Assembly: GCA_963783255.1 (NCBI GenBank)
Contig: CAWAMP010000014.1
Location: 135,692-199,691 of the forward strand
Direction of reading: 5' to 3'
DNA length: 64,000 nucleotides
Source: an uncultured Acidobacteriota bacterium
GTDB taxonomy: Bacteria > Acidobacteriota > Vicinamibacteria > Vicinamibacterales > Fen-181
A model generated the notes under the pieces. It did not search any database. It was not told where the DNA came from and saw nothing but the letters and a program-made list of their open reading frames with translations. The position numbers and the translations under genes are program-made. Shown one piece after another: positions 37,468 to 46,106 of the stretch (position 1 is the first letter of the stretch; every line of letters begins with the position of its first letter).

Positions 37468-39618
37468 TCATCTCGCCGCGCCGTATCCCGCCGGCAGCGT
37501 CATCTTCAGCTCGCGCAGCAGGAAGCCGTACATGTCGGCGCGCTCCTCGATGACCTTGTCGGTCGGCTTGCCCGCGCCGTGGCCTGCCTTGGTCTCGATG
37601 CGAATCAGAATCGGCGCCGGGCCCGCCTGCGCCGACTGGAGGGTCGCCGTGAACTTGAAGCTGTGGAGCGGCACCACCCGGTCGTCGTGGTCGGCCGTCG
37701 TCACGAACGTGGCCGGGTACTTCGTGCCCGGCTTGATCGTGTGCAGCGGCGAGTACTTCATCACCGCGTCGAAGTCGGCCCTGTTCTTGTCGGGCTCGCC
37801 GTAGTCGGACCGCCACGCCCAGCCGATCGTGAACTTGTCGAAGCGGAGCATGTCCATCACGCCGACCGCCGGCACGACGGCGCCGAACAGGTCCGGTCGC
37901 TGTGTCAGGCACGCGCCGACCAGCAGGCCGCCGTTGCTGCCGCCGTAGATCGCGAGCTTCGGCGTGGACGTGTACTTCTCGCGGATCAGGTACTCGGCCG
38001 CACTGATGAAGTCGTCGAACACGTTCTGCTTGTTCTGGAGCCGGCCGGCGTCGTACCACGCCTGCCCGTATTCGCCTCCGCCGCGCAGGTTGGCGACGGC
38101 GTAGATGCCGCCCATCTCCAGCCATCCGGCCGCGCCCGCCGAGAACGCCGGCATCGTCGGGATGTTGAAGCCTCCGTAGCCCCAGAGCAGCGTCGGGCTC
38201 CGGCCGTCTTTCTGGAGCCCCTTCTTGTAGGTCAGGAACATCGGGACCCGTGTTCCGTCCTTCGAGTTGTAGAAGACCTGGACCGTCTCGTACCCGGCCG
38301 GGTCGAACGCCAGCGCCGGCTTCTTGAAGACCTCGCTCCGGGCGCTCGCGAAGTCGTAGCGATAGACGGTGGTCGGGTAGAGGAACGACCCGAACGAGTA
38401 GAACATCTCCTTGTGCGCGCGGCGGCCGGTCAGGCCACTGAGGCTGCCGAGCGTCGGCAGGGCGATGTCTGCTCCCGGCTTTCCGTCCAGCCCGTACACC
38501 CGTACCGAGTGGTGGGCGTCGGTCATCCAGAGCGTCACGAACTGGCTGTTCACCATCGTCACGCTCTCAAGTACGGCCGTGCCCTCGACCTCCGGGATGA
38601 GCGTCTTCCACGCGCCCTCGGCCGGCTTCGACCGCTGGATGGCGATGAGGCGGAAGCGCGGCGCGTTCTTGTTGGTCAGGACGTAGAACGTGTCGCCGTC
38701 GTTGCCGACCACCGAGTACGTGGCGTCGAACGCGTCGAGGAACGGCTCGATAGTGCCGCCAGGCTTCCTCAGGTCGCGGATGAACACGCGGTTCCGGTTG
38801 TCGGTGCCTTCGCTCTGCACCACCAGCAGGAAGCGGCCGTCGTCGGTCACCTCGGCGCCGAATCCCCAGTCCGGCTTGTCGGGGCGTTCGTACACCAGCG
38901 CGTCCTTGTCCTGGGTGGTCCCGAGTTTGTGGAAGAACACCTTCTGGTTCTTGTTCACCGCCTGGAGCGCTTCACCCTTCGGCTCGTCGTAGCGGCTGTA
39001 GAAGAAGCCGGAGCCGTCCTTGAGCCACGAGGCGCCGCTGAACTTCGACCACTTGACGAGATCGGGGAGATCCTGGGATGTGGCCACGTCGCGCACGCGC
39101 CACTCGATCCAGTCCGACCCGCTCGCGGCAACCGAGTACGCCATGTAGCGGCCGTCCTCGGTGAACGACGTCGCGCCGAGTGCCACCGTGCCGTCCTTCG
39201 AGAGCGTGTTCGGGTCGATCAGTACCTCGGGCGCCGCCGCCAGGTCCTTGACCTTGTAGAGAACCGGCTGCGGCTGAAGCCCGGCGTTGCGTGCGAAGAC
39301 GTACCAGGGTCCTTCGCGGCTCGGCGTCCCGTAGCGCTCGTAGTTCCAGATGCTCGTCAGGCGGGCCTTGATCGCCGCCCGTTCCGGAATCTGCTCCAGG
39401 TAGGCGAAGGTGATCTTGTTCTCGGCGTCGATCCACGCCCGCGCGTCGGGTGTGTCGGAACTTTCGAGCCAGCGATACGGGTCGGCGACCTTCGTGCCGA
39501 AGAAGTCGTCCACCTGATCGACCTTCTTCGCGACAGGGTAAGCGAGCTTCGGCGTGTCGGGTTGTGAGCAGGAGATGGCCATGGCAGCGATCAGCATCAG
39601 CAGGAGGTGCGTCTTCAT
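37468..39618 (-). CDS. prolyl oligopeptidase (S9A) lipoprotein
   Basis: MKTHLLLMLIAAMAISC (lipobox-like). DPYRWLE N-terminal motif, catalytic YGGSNGGLLVGA, and C-terminal DDRVVPLHSFKF ... KAGHGAGKP. Confidence 0.9.
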   Translation of the reverse strand: MKTHLLLMLIAAMAISCSQPDTPKLAYPVAKKVDQVDDFFGTKVADPYRWLESSDTPDARAWIDAENKITFAYLEQIPERAAIKARLTSIWNYERYGTPSREGPWYVFARNAGLQPQPVLYKVKDLAAAPEVLIDPNTLSKDGTVALGATSFTEDGRYMAYSVAASGSDWIEWRVRDVATSQDLPDLVKWSKFSGASWLKDGSGFFYSRYDEPKGEALQAVNKNQKVFFHKLGTTQDKDALVYERPDKPDWGFGAEVTDDGRFLLVVQSEGTDNRNRVFIRDLRKPGGTIEPFLDAFDATYSVVGNDGDTFYVLTNKNAPRFRLIAIQRSKPAEGAWKTLIPEVEGTAVLESVTMVNSQFVTLWMTDAHHSVRVYGLDGKPGADIALPTLGSLSGLTGRRAHKEMFYSFGSFLYPTTVYRYDFASARSEVFKKPALAFDPAGYETVQVFYNSKDGTRVPMFLTYKKGLQKDGRSPTLLWGYGGFNIPTMPAFSAGAAGWLEMGGIYAVANLRGGGEYGQAWYDAGRLQNKQNVFDDFISAAEYLIREKYTSTPKLAIYGGSNGGLLVGACLTQRPDLFGAVVPAVGVMDMLRFDKFTIGWAWRSDYGEPDKNRADFDAVMKYSPLHTIKPGTKYPATFVTTADHDDRVVPLHSFKFTATLQSAQAGPAPILIRIETKAGHGAGKPTDKVIEERADMYGFLLRELKMTLPAGYGAAR

Positions 39619-39815
39619 GGGTGATCCTCGGGCAGGCCTGGCGGCCGGCGTTTCATTTGAGCGGTCTCAGCAGGAGATCCTGGAAATCGAACGTGCAGGC
39701 GCTGGACGAAACTGTCGAGGTCGGGGGGGACGACCTGCGCGGGTTGCGCGAGCGCCAGGCTCGCTCCGAGCAGCAGCGCAACGACCGGAAGGACGCGTCG
39801 GGTGTGTCTGCTCAT
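39615..39815 (-). CDS. small secreted Pro-rich hypothetical protein, translationally coupled to the prolyl oligopeptidase
   Basis: MSRHTRRVLPVVALLLGASLALAQPAQVVPPDLDSFVQRLHVRFPGSPAETAQMKRRPPGLPEDHP has a clear signal peptide with ALA-Q. The stop overlaps the downstream ATG (ATGA). There is no obvious SD, and GC3 drops in the last third, so this is only tentative. Confidence 0.3.
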   Translation of the reverse strand: MSRHTRRVLPVVALLLGASLALAQPAQVVPPDLDSFVQRLHVRFPGSPAETAQMKRRPPGLPEDHP

Positions 39816-40262
39816 CAGTGCGGATCGTAGCACGCGGCAGGTCGCCCTGAGCCGTCGGTCGCCGCGGGCGCCCGCTCTCGCTCACGCTCGACAGTGCCGA
39901 GCCCGGCATCCTCGTTCGGTTGGTTTCGCGTGAGCCAGTCGGCATGGCACGGAACGCCTCCGGGCAAGTCAGAACCTGCCGTGCCGGGCTGTGCATCCGA
40001 CCGTCGGCACTGCTCGCATGTTCGCTCGACCGGGCATCCCGCGACGCCCGTCGGCCGACATGGCGGCGGACGGGTGCGGGATGCCTCGCGAGGCCGGCGA
40101 CTGGCGGCAAGCGCCTCCGCGTCAGTTCCGCAAACACGCTCGCAGGCTGGGGGCTCCAGCGGGGTTGAGCGCGATCACGCACGCGGATCCGACCGCGCGA
40201 CCCCCGCGGCCAGCGGCCGACGACGGCCAGAGAGCGGGTTTGCCGCGCAGCCGACCGGAGAC

Positions 40263-40466
40263 TCAGAGATATCGCAGGACCGCCTGGAGGGCATCGACCA
40301 GGGCGTTCGAGATGAAGGTGTAAACCGGCGCCAAGTCGCCGGTGCTGACGGCCGTCGCCACCGCGACCGGGTCGCTCAGGACCAGCCAGATGGTCGAGGC
40401 GGCCAGCACGACACACATGACCGCAACCGCGCCGGCGGCTTTCAGCGAGGCGGCGGCGAAAGTCAT
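40263..40466 (-). CDS. small hydrophobic hypothetical protein
   Basis: 67 aa: MTFAAASLKAAGAVAVMCVVLAASTIWLVLSDPVAVATAVSTGDLAPVYTFISNALVDALQAVLRYL. High GC3 and a GGAG 8 nt upstream. Confidence 0.4.
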   Translation of the reverse strand: MTFAAASLKAAGAVAVMCVVLAASTIWLVLSDPVAVATAVSTGDLAPVYTFISNALVDALQAVLRYL

Positions 40467-40579
40467 GGCGAAACTCCGCGGAACGTTCTCGGCGGCTACG
40501 CGGCAGACACCGGCGTGGCCGCCGATCCACTATCACTAATACGCACGAGGCCGCGGAAGGGTTGCATGGGGGCTGCAGA

Positions 40580-43500
40580 TCAGCGCACCGGCCCCAGGTA
40601 CTTGTCCAGCCAGGCCGTCGTCTCCTTGATGTACTCGCTCCTCGGCGGGATGTGGTCGGTGTCGTACTCGATCTTCCGCTTGTGTTCGGGTGGGGTGCCC
40701 AACAGGTCGAACATGGGCCGGATCTCTGAGTCGATATAGCTGTCGTACTTGCCGTTCAGCATCAGTGTCGGGATCCTGACTCGGGTTACGTAGTTGATGC
40801 TGCTGATTTCCGGTCGTATCTCGGCTGAACCCATGCCCCCCGCCAGCAAGACGCTGACTGCCAGCCTGTCCTCCACTGCCGGGATGATGGCGCCGTTCCC
40901 CCCTCCCCAGCTCATCCCGTAGTAGGCGAGCTTTCTGCTGTCGATCTCCGGTCGGGTCTCCAGGTAGTCTATGCACCTCCTGAAGTCCTTGATCTGCTGG
41001 GCCCCGCGCGCGACATGGGCACGCGTGCCGGCGCTCGGTGCCGCCGCTCCAGGATCTGCACTTCGTCGCTCGAACGTCCCCTTGTACACCGGAAACAGCA
41101 CGGCGCGCCCGCCCTTGACCAGGAACGAGAGGAACATGGGGTACTCGTAGTAGGTCTCGAAGTCTTCGCTCGACGGGGTCCGGAGGGCCGCGCTTCCGGG
41201 GAAGTAGATGACTGTCTGGAAAGGGGGCTGGCTGGTGCTCGGGAGGAACAGGTACGCCGTAACTCGCTCGCCCCCGTAGGCGGCGTCGAAAGAGATCTTC
41301 TCCAGAATCCACCCGTTCGGGCTCTTCTCTCGAGACTCGACCGTGGCGTTCAGGTCCGTCTTGTCGTAGGCGAACAGCTGCTCCTTGTAGACCTTGAAGA
41401 TCTGATCGGAGACCGGTCGCTGCGCGCGAATGTCCGGGGTCGCCGCTGGGCGCACCGGTGCGAGCGCCGCTTCTCGAACCTCGTCAGCGCGCGGATAGCG
41501 CGCGAGCCGGAACCCGTTCCTGGGAGAGCGGTCCATGGCGGGTGCTTGCCGCTGGTTGCCGAACTCGTAGGTGTTGTCCTCCCAGGCGCCGCCCCGGATC
41601 ACGCGCCCCACCGGGGTCTCGTTCCAGCACCACTCCCTGACGTTGCCCGGCATGTCGTAGGCCCCGTAGGCGGTGAAGTTCGGGAGACTCCCGACCTTGA
41701 CGGGGCCGCTTCCGCCGAAGTTACTGAACGGTGCCAGGGCAGCGAACCCGCCTAATTGGGGGGACTGGAACGTGGGAGTTAAGCCTCCTCTGGCCACGTT
41801 CCAGTGAGCCGAGGTTGGAAGGCTCATGCCGGCAAACTCCGCGTACGCCGCGGCCTCGTACCAGCTCACTCCGGATACCGGGTAGTCTGACTGCCCCTCG
41901 GGGTAGTCGCCTCCAAGCCAGGTCGATGGGCCCGGCTGGCCCGACTTGTCCACGAACGCCTTCATCGCCTGGTCCCAGGTCATGTCGCGCCCATCGCTCA
42001 CGAACCGGTGCTTCCAGTAGTCACGATTCCGGTAACCGCCGGCTTCCGTGAACGCGCGATACTCCCGGTTTGTCACCTCGTATCGGCCTATGAAGAAGTC
42101 CTCCAAACGCCCGACGGGTGTGTCGGTGGCCGAGACGCGCACGATGCCGGCCGGCAGGCTGCCCACTTTGTCCAGCGTGCGGACGAGGTCGGAAGGATCG
42201 AGGGTGCGCAAACCCCGTTGGAAGGCGCCCCCCCCTCGGCCCCAGGTGGACGCTGCCGCCAGGACCGTTTCGTACCCCGCCTTCTCGAACTTCCACCGGA
42301 AGATCCCGACCGGGACACGGACTTTCTCGAGCGGCGTGAGCCCAAGATACGTCCACTCCGCGTCGGGCGTCTCGTACGCCTTCATGGAGACACGGGCGCC
42401 AGGGGGTTCGGTCCTGATGTTGATCCTCAGTGACACCTTCGAGAACAGCTCAGCCAGTGCCGGATCGTCGCCGAGGATGGCCTCGGCCTGCACCGCCAGC
42501 CGATACGGCGGCACGAGGTTCCGCCAGTAGTCGTTCTCGCCAATCAGCCGCTCTATCTCCGGCAGCGCCACCTCGCGCGCCCACCTCAACCGGGCCCGGT
42601 GCCGTACGAACCAGGCCGCCGACACCGCCACGATCAGTATTGCAGCCGCCACCGCGATTGCGACCCTTGGCCGGCGGAGCTGGCGCGCCAGCGCACGCAC
42701 GCTGAACGCCCCGGACGCCTCGGCCCGCTGCGCCTCCTCGTAAGCGCGCAGATCCGCGAGCATCGCGCCCGCCGAGTCGTATCGGGCCTCGGGTTTCTTC
42801 TTCAGCGCCTTCGCCACGACGTGCTCGAGCGCCTCCGGCACGGGCGGCGTCCGGTGCCGCATCGGCCGGGGGGCTTCGTGCATGATGGCGTGGACTATCG
42901 CCACTTCCCGTTCGCCCCGAAAGGGCAGTTCGCCCGCGAGCATTTCGTACAGCACCACTCCCGCCGACCACAGATCCGAACGGTGATCGACTTCGCAGCC
43001 AGACGCCTGTTCTGGCGACATGTAGGCCACCGTCCCCAGCGTGGTTCCCGTCTTGGTCAACGCCGGCCCACCCCGCAGCTTGGCGAGGCCGAAATCCATG
43101 ATCTTGGCCTGGCCCTGCCCGGTGACCATGATGTTGCTGCTCTTGATGTCGCGATGGACGATGCCGTTGCGGTGGGCCTCGTCAAGCCCCGCGGCGATCT
43201 GGCCGAACAGCGCCACCACCTGGTCGATGTCGAGCCTCTCCCGCTTGATCCTGCTGCGGAGCGGCTCGCCGTCCACGTACTCCATGGCGATGAACGGCTG
43301 GCCGGCGTCCTCCCCGACCTCGTGAACGGCGCAGATGTTCGGGTGCGACAGCGAGGCCGCCGCCCGCGCTTCGACGAGAAACCGCTCCCGCATCTCGTCG
43401 AAAGCGGCCAGCCTCGGCGGCAGGAACTTCAGCGCCACCCACCGCTGCAGCTGGAGATCTTTCGCTTTGTAGACCACCCCCATCCCGCCGCGGCCGAGCT

Positions 43501-43693
43501 CCTGGGCGACCTCGTACTTGCCTGCGACCAGGCGGGCCGCAGTTAGCGACGGCAGTAGCTGGTCGTGGGGCCCGCCCGTGATCGCGGAGTCCTCGCGGTT
43601 ACGGTCCTGGCTCCCGCTCGAGAACCGGGTGGTGCACTGGCTGCAGGATGTGGCGGTATCGGGGTGGTCCGCCTGACAGTGAGGACACTGCAT
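40580..43693 (-). CDS. receptor Ser/Thr protein kinase with zinc-ribbon N-terminus, TM segment, FGE/SUMF1-like domain and C-terminal alpha/beta hydrolase (S9/DLH-like)
   Basis: GAAGGAGG lies 8 nt before the ATG at 43693. MQCPHCQADHPDTATSCSQC; kinase motifs GRGGMGVVYKA, HRDIKSSNIMV, DFGLAK, YMSPEQ; TM IAVAAAILIVAVSAAWFV; FIGRYEVTNREY ... VSGVSWYEAAAYAEFAG ... NVREWCWNE ... NGFRLARY; hydrolase YYGMSWGGG ... DTDHIPP. Confidence 0.9.
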   Translation of the reverse strand: MQCPHCQADHPDTATSCSQCTTRFSSGSQDRNREDSAITGGPHDQLLPSLTAARLVAGKYEVAQELGRGGMGVVYKAKDLQLQRWVALKFLPPRLAAFDEMRERFLVEARAAASLSHPNICAVHEVGEDAGQPFIAMEYVDGEPLRSRIKRERLDIDQVVALFGQIAAGLDEAHRNGIVHRDIKSSNIMVTGQGQAKIMDFGLAKLRGGPALTKTGTTLGTVAYMSPEQASGCEVDHRSDLWSAGVVLYEMLAGELPFRGEREVAIVHAIMHEAPRPMRHRTPPVPEALEHVVAKALKKKPEARYDSAGAMLADLRAYEEAQRAEASGAFSVRALARQLRRPRVAIAVAAAILIVAVSAAWFVRHRARLRWAREVALPEIERLIGENDYWRNLVPPYRLAVQAEAILGDDPALAELFSKVSLRINIRTEPPGARVSMKAYETPDAEWTYLGLTPLEKVRVPVGIFRWKFEKAGYETVLAAASTWGRGGGAFQRGLRTLDPSDLVRTLDKVGSLPAGIVRVSATDTPVGRLEDFFIGRYEVTNREYRAFTEAGGYRNRDYWKHRFVSDGRDMTWDQAMKAFVDKSGQPGPSTWLGGDYPEGQSDYPVSGVSWYEAAAYAEFAGMSLPTSAHWNVARGGLTPTFQSPQLGGFAALAPFSNFGGSGPVKVGSLPNFTAYGAYDMPGNVREWCWNETPVGRVIRGGAWEDNTYEFGNQRQAPAMDRSPRNGFRLARYPRADEVREAALAPVRPAATPDIRAQRPVSDQIFKVYKEQLFAYDKTDLNATVESREKSPNGWILEKISFDAAYGGERVTAYLFLPSTSQPPFQTVIYFPGSAALRTPSSEDFETYYEYPMFLSFLVKGGRAVLFPVYKGTFERRSADPGAAAPSAGTRAHVARGAQQIKDFRRCIDYLETRPEIDSRKLAYYGMSWGGGNGAIIPAVEDRLAVSVLLAGGMGSAEIRPEISSINYVTRVRIPTLMLNGKYDSYIDSEIRPMFDLLGTPPEHKRKIEYDTDHIPPRSEYIKETTAWLDKYLGPVR

Positions 43694-43805
43694 GCGCTGG
43701 TCCTCCTTCACGGTGGGTGTCGACGTCCGGAACGCCGCGAGTATAGCATCCGCCTGCGCGTCTGAGCATGGCGTGGACGGAGTCGCAGGCGCGCGATCGA
43801 GACCC

Positions 43806-45005
43806 CTACCGGACCAAAGTCAGTTCCTTCTGCGGGCCCGACAGGAACTCGGCGCCGGTCTTCGTGACGACCACCATGTCTTCCACCGTGGCGACGCCGT
43901 AGCCGGGGACCGTCAGCCGGGGCTCGAGCGTGAAGACCATGCCCTCCTCGATGGGCACGAACGGCTTCCGCGCGTATTTCTCCCAGGCCGGCCCGAGAAT
44001 GGCTGTCCCGTCGTGGGCGTACCTCCCGACCTGGTGTCCGAGGGCGTGCGGGTACTCCCCGTAGCCCGCCCCGGTGATGAGGTCCCGCGCCACCGCGTCC
44101 ACCGACTGCCCGGTCACTCCCGGTCGGAGGGCTCGCCGCGCCCGCTCGATGGCGTTCACGATGGTGTCGAACCCGCGCTGGACTTCCGGCGGGGCTGCCG
44201 CCTCGCCCTCCCGGAGGACGTAGAAGGTCCGCTGCAGATCGGCGCAGTAGTCGTCGCGTTTGATGCCGAAGTCCATGTTGACGATGTGCCCGCGCTCGAC
44301 CGCGCGCCCGGTCGGCGCGTAGTGTGCGCCGGCGGTGTCGGGCCCGGTGAAGACGGCGGGACATGTCCCCGCCTCCCACGCGAGGTCGAGGCGGTTGTCG
44401 CGAACGTGGGCCGCCACCATGTCCGCCACGTCACGCTCGGTGACGCCCGGCGCCAGGAACGCCGCCACCCTCGCGAACACGTCTTCGGTCAGGCCAATCG
44501 CCGCCTTGATTCGGGCCAGCTCCTCGGCCGTCTTCCGGGCCCGCAGCGCCGAGATCAGGCGCTCGGACGACACCAGGCGGCCCTCGAAGCCAATCTCCCC
44601 CAGCCACGCCTGCAGCGTCAGGTACATCCCGTGCGTCAGGCCGTCACAGACCTCGCTGTCCTGCGAGTAGTTGACCGCAATGGACGATGGGTTGCGGCGC
44701 TGGAGGAAGTCGAGCAGCGGCAGCCTGGCGCCCTGCACGTGGCCTTCCACGCGCCGGTAGGCGCCGACGTCTTCGATTGTCTGCCGGTCGTACTGGCCGA
44801 CAATCGCGTGCGCCTCGCCATCGGCCATGACGATGAAGGCGCTGTGCCACGTCACGTCGGCGGGCGCGAGGAACGGCAGGACGGGGTCGCCGTTGATCCC
44901 CGATTCGCGCACGAAGGTGAGCCAGCAGGGCAGGCCCAGTTCGTTCAGGATGCCGACCGCCTGGGCGATCTTCTCTTGGATCAGAGACATGGGAGAGCCT
45001 CGCAT
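43806..45005 (-). CDS. M24-family metallopeptidase (Xaa-Pro peptidase-like)
   Basis: Creatinase-like N-terminal half. Metal-ligand pattern VNMDFGIKRDDYCADLQRTF, HALGHQVGRYAHDG, FTLEP ... VEDMVVVT. Confidence 0.85.
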   Translation of the reverse strand: MRGSPMSLIQEKIAQAVGILNELGLPCWLTFVRESGINGDPVLPFLAPADVTWHSAFIVMADGEAHAIVGQYDRQTIEDVGAYRRVEGHVQGARLPLLDFLQRRNPSSIAVNYSQDSEVCDGLTHGMYLTLQAWLGEIGFEGRLVSSERLISALRARKTAEELARIKAAIGLTEDVFARVAAFLAPGVTERDVADMVAAHVRDNRLDLAWEAGTCPAVFTGPDTAGAHYAPTGRAVERGHIVNMDFGIKRDDYCADLQRTFYVLREGEAAAPPEVQRGFDTIVNAIERARRALRPGVTGQSVDAVARDLITGAGYGEYPHALGHQVGRYAHDGTAILGPAWEKYARKPFVPIEEGMVFTLEPRLTVPGYGVATVEDMVVVTKTGAEFLSGPQKELTLVR

Positions 45006-45067
45006 CTTGCGACCCTTCGACTCGCTCGGAATCGCTCGCTCAGGGTCGCCCCGAGCATCGTCGAGGG

Positions 45068-45165
45068 GCGAACTTGCGAACTTGCGATCTTGCGAACTTG
45101 CGATCTTGCGAACTTGCGATCTTGCGAACTCAGAACTCAGAACTCAGAACTCCGAACTCCGAACT
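45068..45165. repeat. composite tandem array: 8 octamers (GCGAACTT / GCGATCTT) running directly into 5 heptamers (CAGAACT / CCGAACT)
   Basis: Read directly. It occupies most of the 173-nt spacer between the GntR stop (45179) and the M24 start (45005). Confidence 0.85.
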
Positions 45166-45178
45166 GCAACCCGTCGCG

Positions 45179-45928
45179 TCAGACCCAGCTGCTGCGATCC
45201 CCGTGGATGGCGACGATGCGCCAGTAGCGGGCGAGCGCGTTCCGATAGTTGAACACAGCGTGCCGCTCGGCCGCGTCCGGGTCGCCCCGAGCGATCGCCG
45301 AGACAATGGCGCCATGCTCGTCCAGCGACTCCTGGACACTGTGCGTGTGGACGAGCGCCTCCGTGTAGATGCGCACGTAGCGCTCGCGCCTGGCGTGAAG
45401 CGCGAGGAGCTTGGCCAGCAGCCGCGGTCCCGAGGCCGCCTGCTCGTAACACCGGTGAAAGCGGACGTCGAGGTCCTGCGCCAGGCGGATGTCCGAGGCG
45501 TCGGTCGCCGGGAGCGCGCGCAGCCGCGCGTTGATGGCCTCGGCGTCCTGAACGACGGTGCGCCTCCGGGCCTCCGGCAGCTCCGCGGCCAGCCGAGCGG
45601 CCACGCCGTCGAGCGCCCCGACCATCACGAACAGCTCGCGCATGTCGGAGGCCGTGAGCGGCGCCACCGACACCCGGCCCGATCGCGTGGCCCGGGTCGT
45701 TTCGACGAGGCCCTCCTGCTGGAGCCTGGCCAGCGCCGCGCGGACGGGGGTGCGGCTGATGCCCAGGCGCCGGCACACCTCCACCTCGGTCAGCGGCGCG
45801 CCGGGCGCCAGGCGCAGCGTGACAATGCTGTCGCGCAGCCTCGAGTGTGCGGTGTCGGCCAGTGTGCGGCCGGTGGGCCGGGCCTGGCGCGGACGTCGGG
45901 CGAGGCCGCGCGGGCGGTTCGTGGGCAT
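45179..45928 (-). CDS. GntR-family transcriptional regulator (FadR/FCD-type C-terminal domain)
   Basis: wHTH region LRDSIVTLRLAPGAPLTEVEVCRRLGISRTPVRAALARLQQEGLV. Helical FCD-like C-terminus with conserved His residues. Confidence 0.9.
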   Translation of the reverse strand: MPTNRPRGLARRPRQARPTGRTLADTAHSRLRDSIVTLRLAPGAPLTEVEVCRRLGISRTPVRAALARLQQEGLVETTRATRSGRVSVAPLTASDMRELFVMVGALDGVAARLAAELPEARRRTVVQDAEAINARLRALPATDASDIRLAQDLDVRFHRCYEQAASGPRLLAKLLALHARRERYVRIYTEALVHTHSVQESLDEHGAIVSAIARGDPDAAERHAVFNYRNALARYWRIVAIHGDRSSWV

Positions 45929-46106
45929 CGCGCGGTGTAGCCTATCAGATCGGGATTCAGGAGTCTCCAGGCAGGACTCAGGAGACAGGATTCAGCCGTC
46001 GCGAGCACGGCTCGACTTGACGGTTCGATTGGACAGGCGGAATCGCGAGGGGGTACATTGGCGCCCGTCACCGGGTGTCGCCCGTGAAGTCGAAGGGAGC
46101 GGCACG

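Noticed and set aside
40580-43693. Diversity-generating retroelement targeting the FGE/C-type-lectin-like domains of the kinases.
   Set aside because: The window has no reverse transcriptase and no template repeat matching the FGE-like region. The domain is internal rather than C-terminal, and no adenine-specific mismatch pattern exists between the two paralogs.
45929-46106. GntR operator and promoter in the divergent GntR/glgP spacer.
   Set aside because: I found only loose ACTCAGG/ATTCAGG repeats and a weak ttgacg. There is no convincing palindrome or -10 element.
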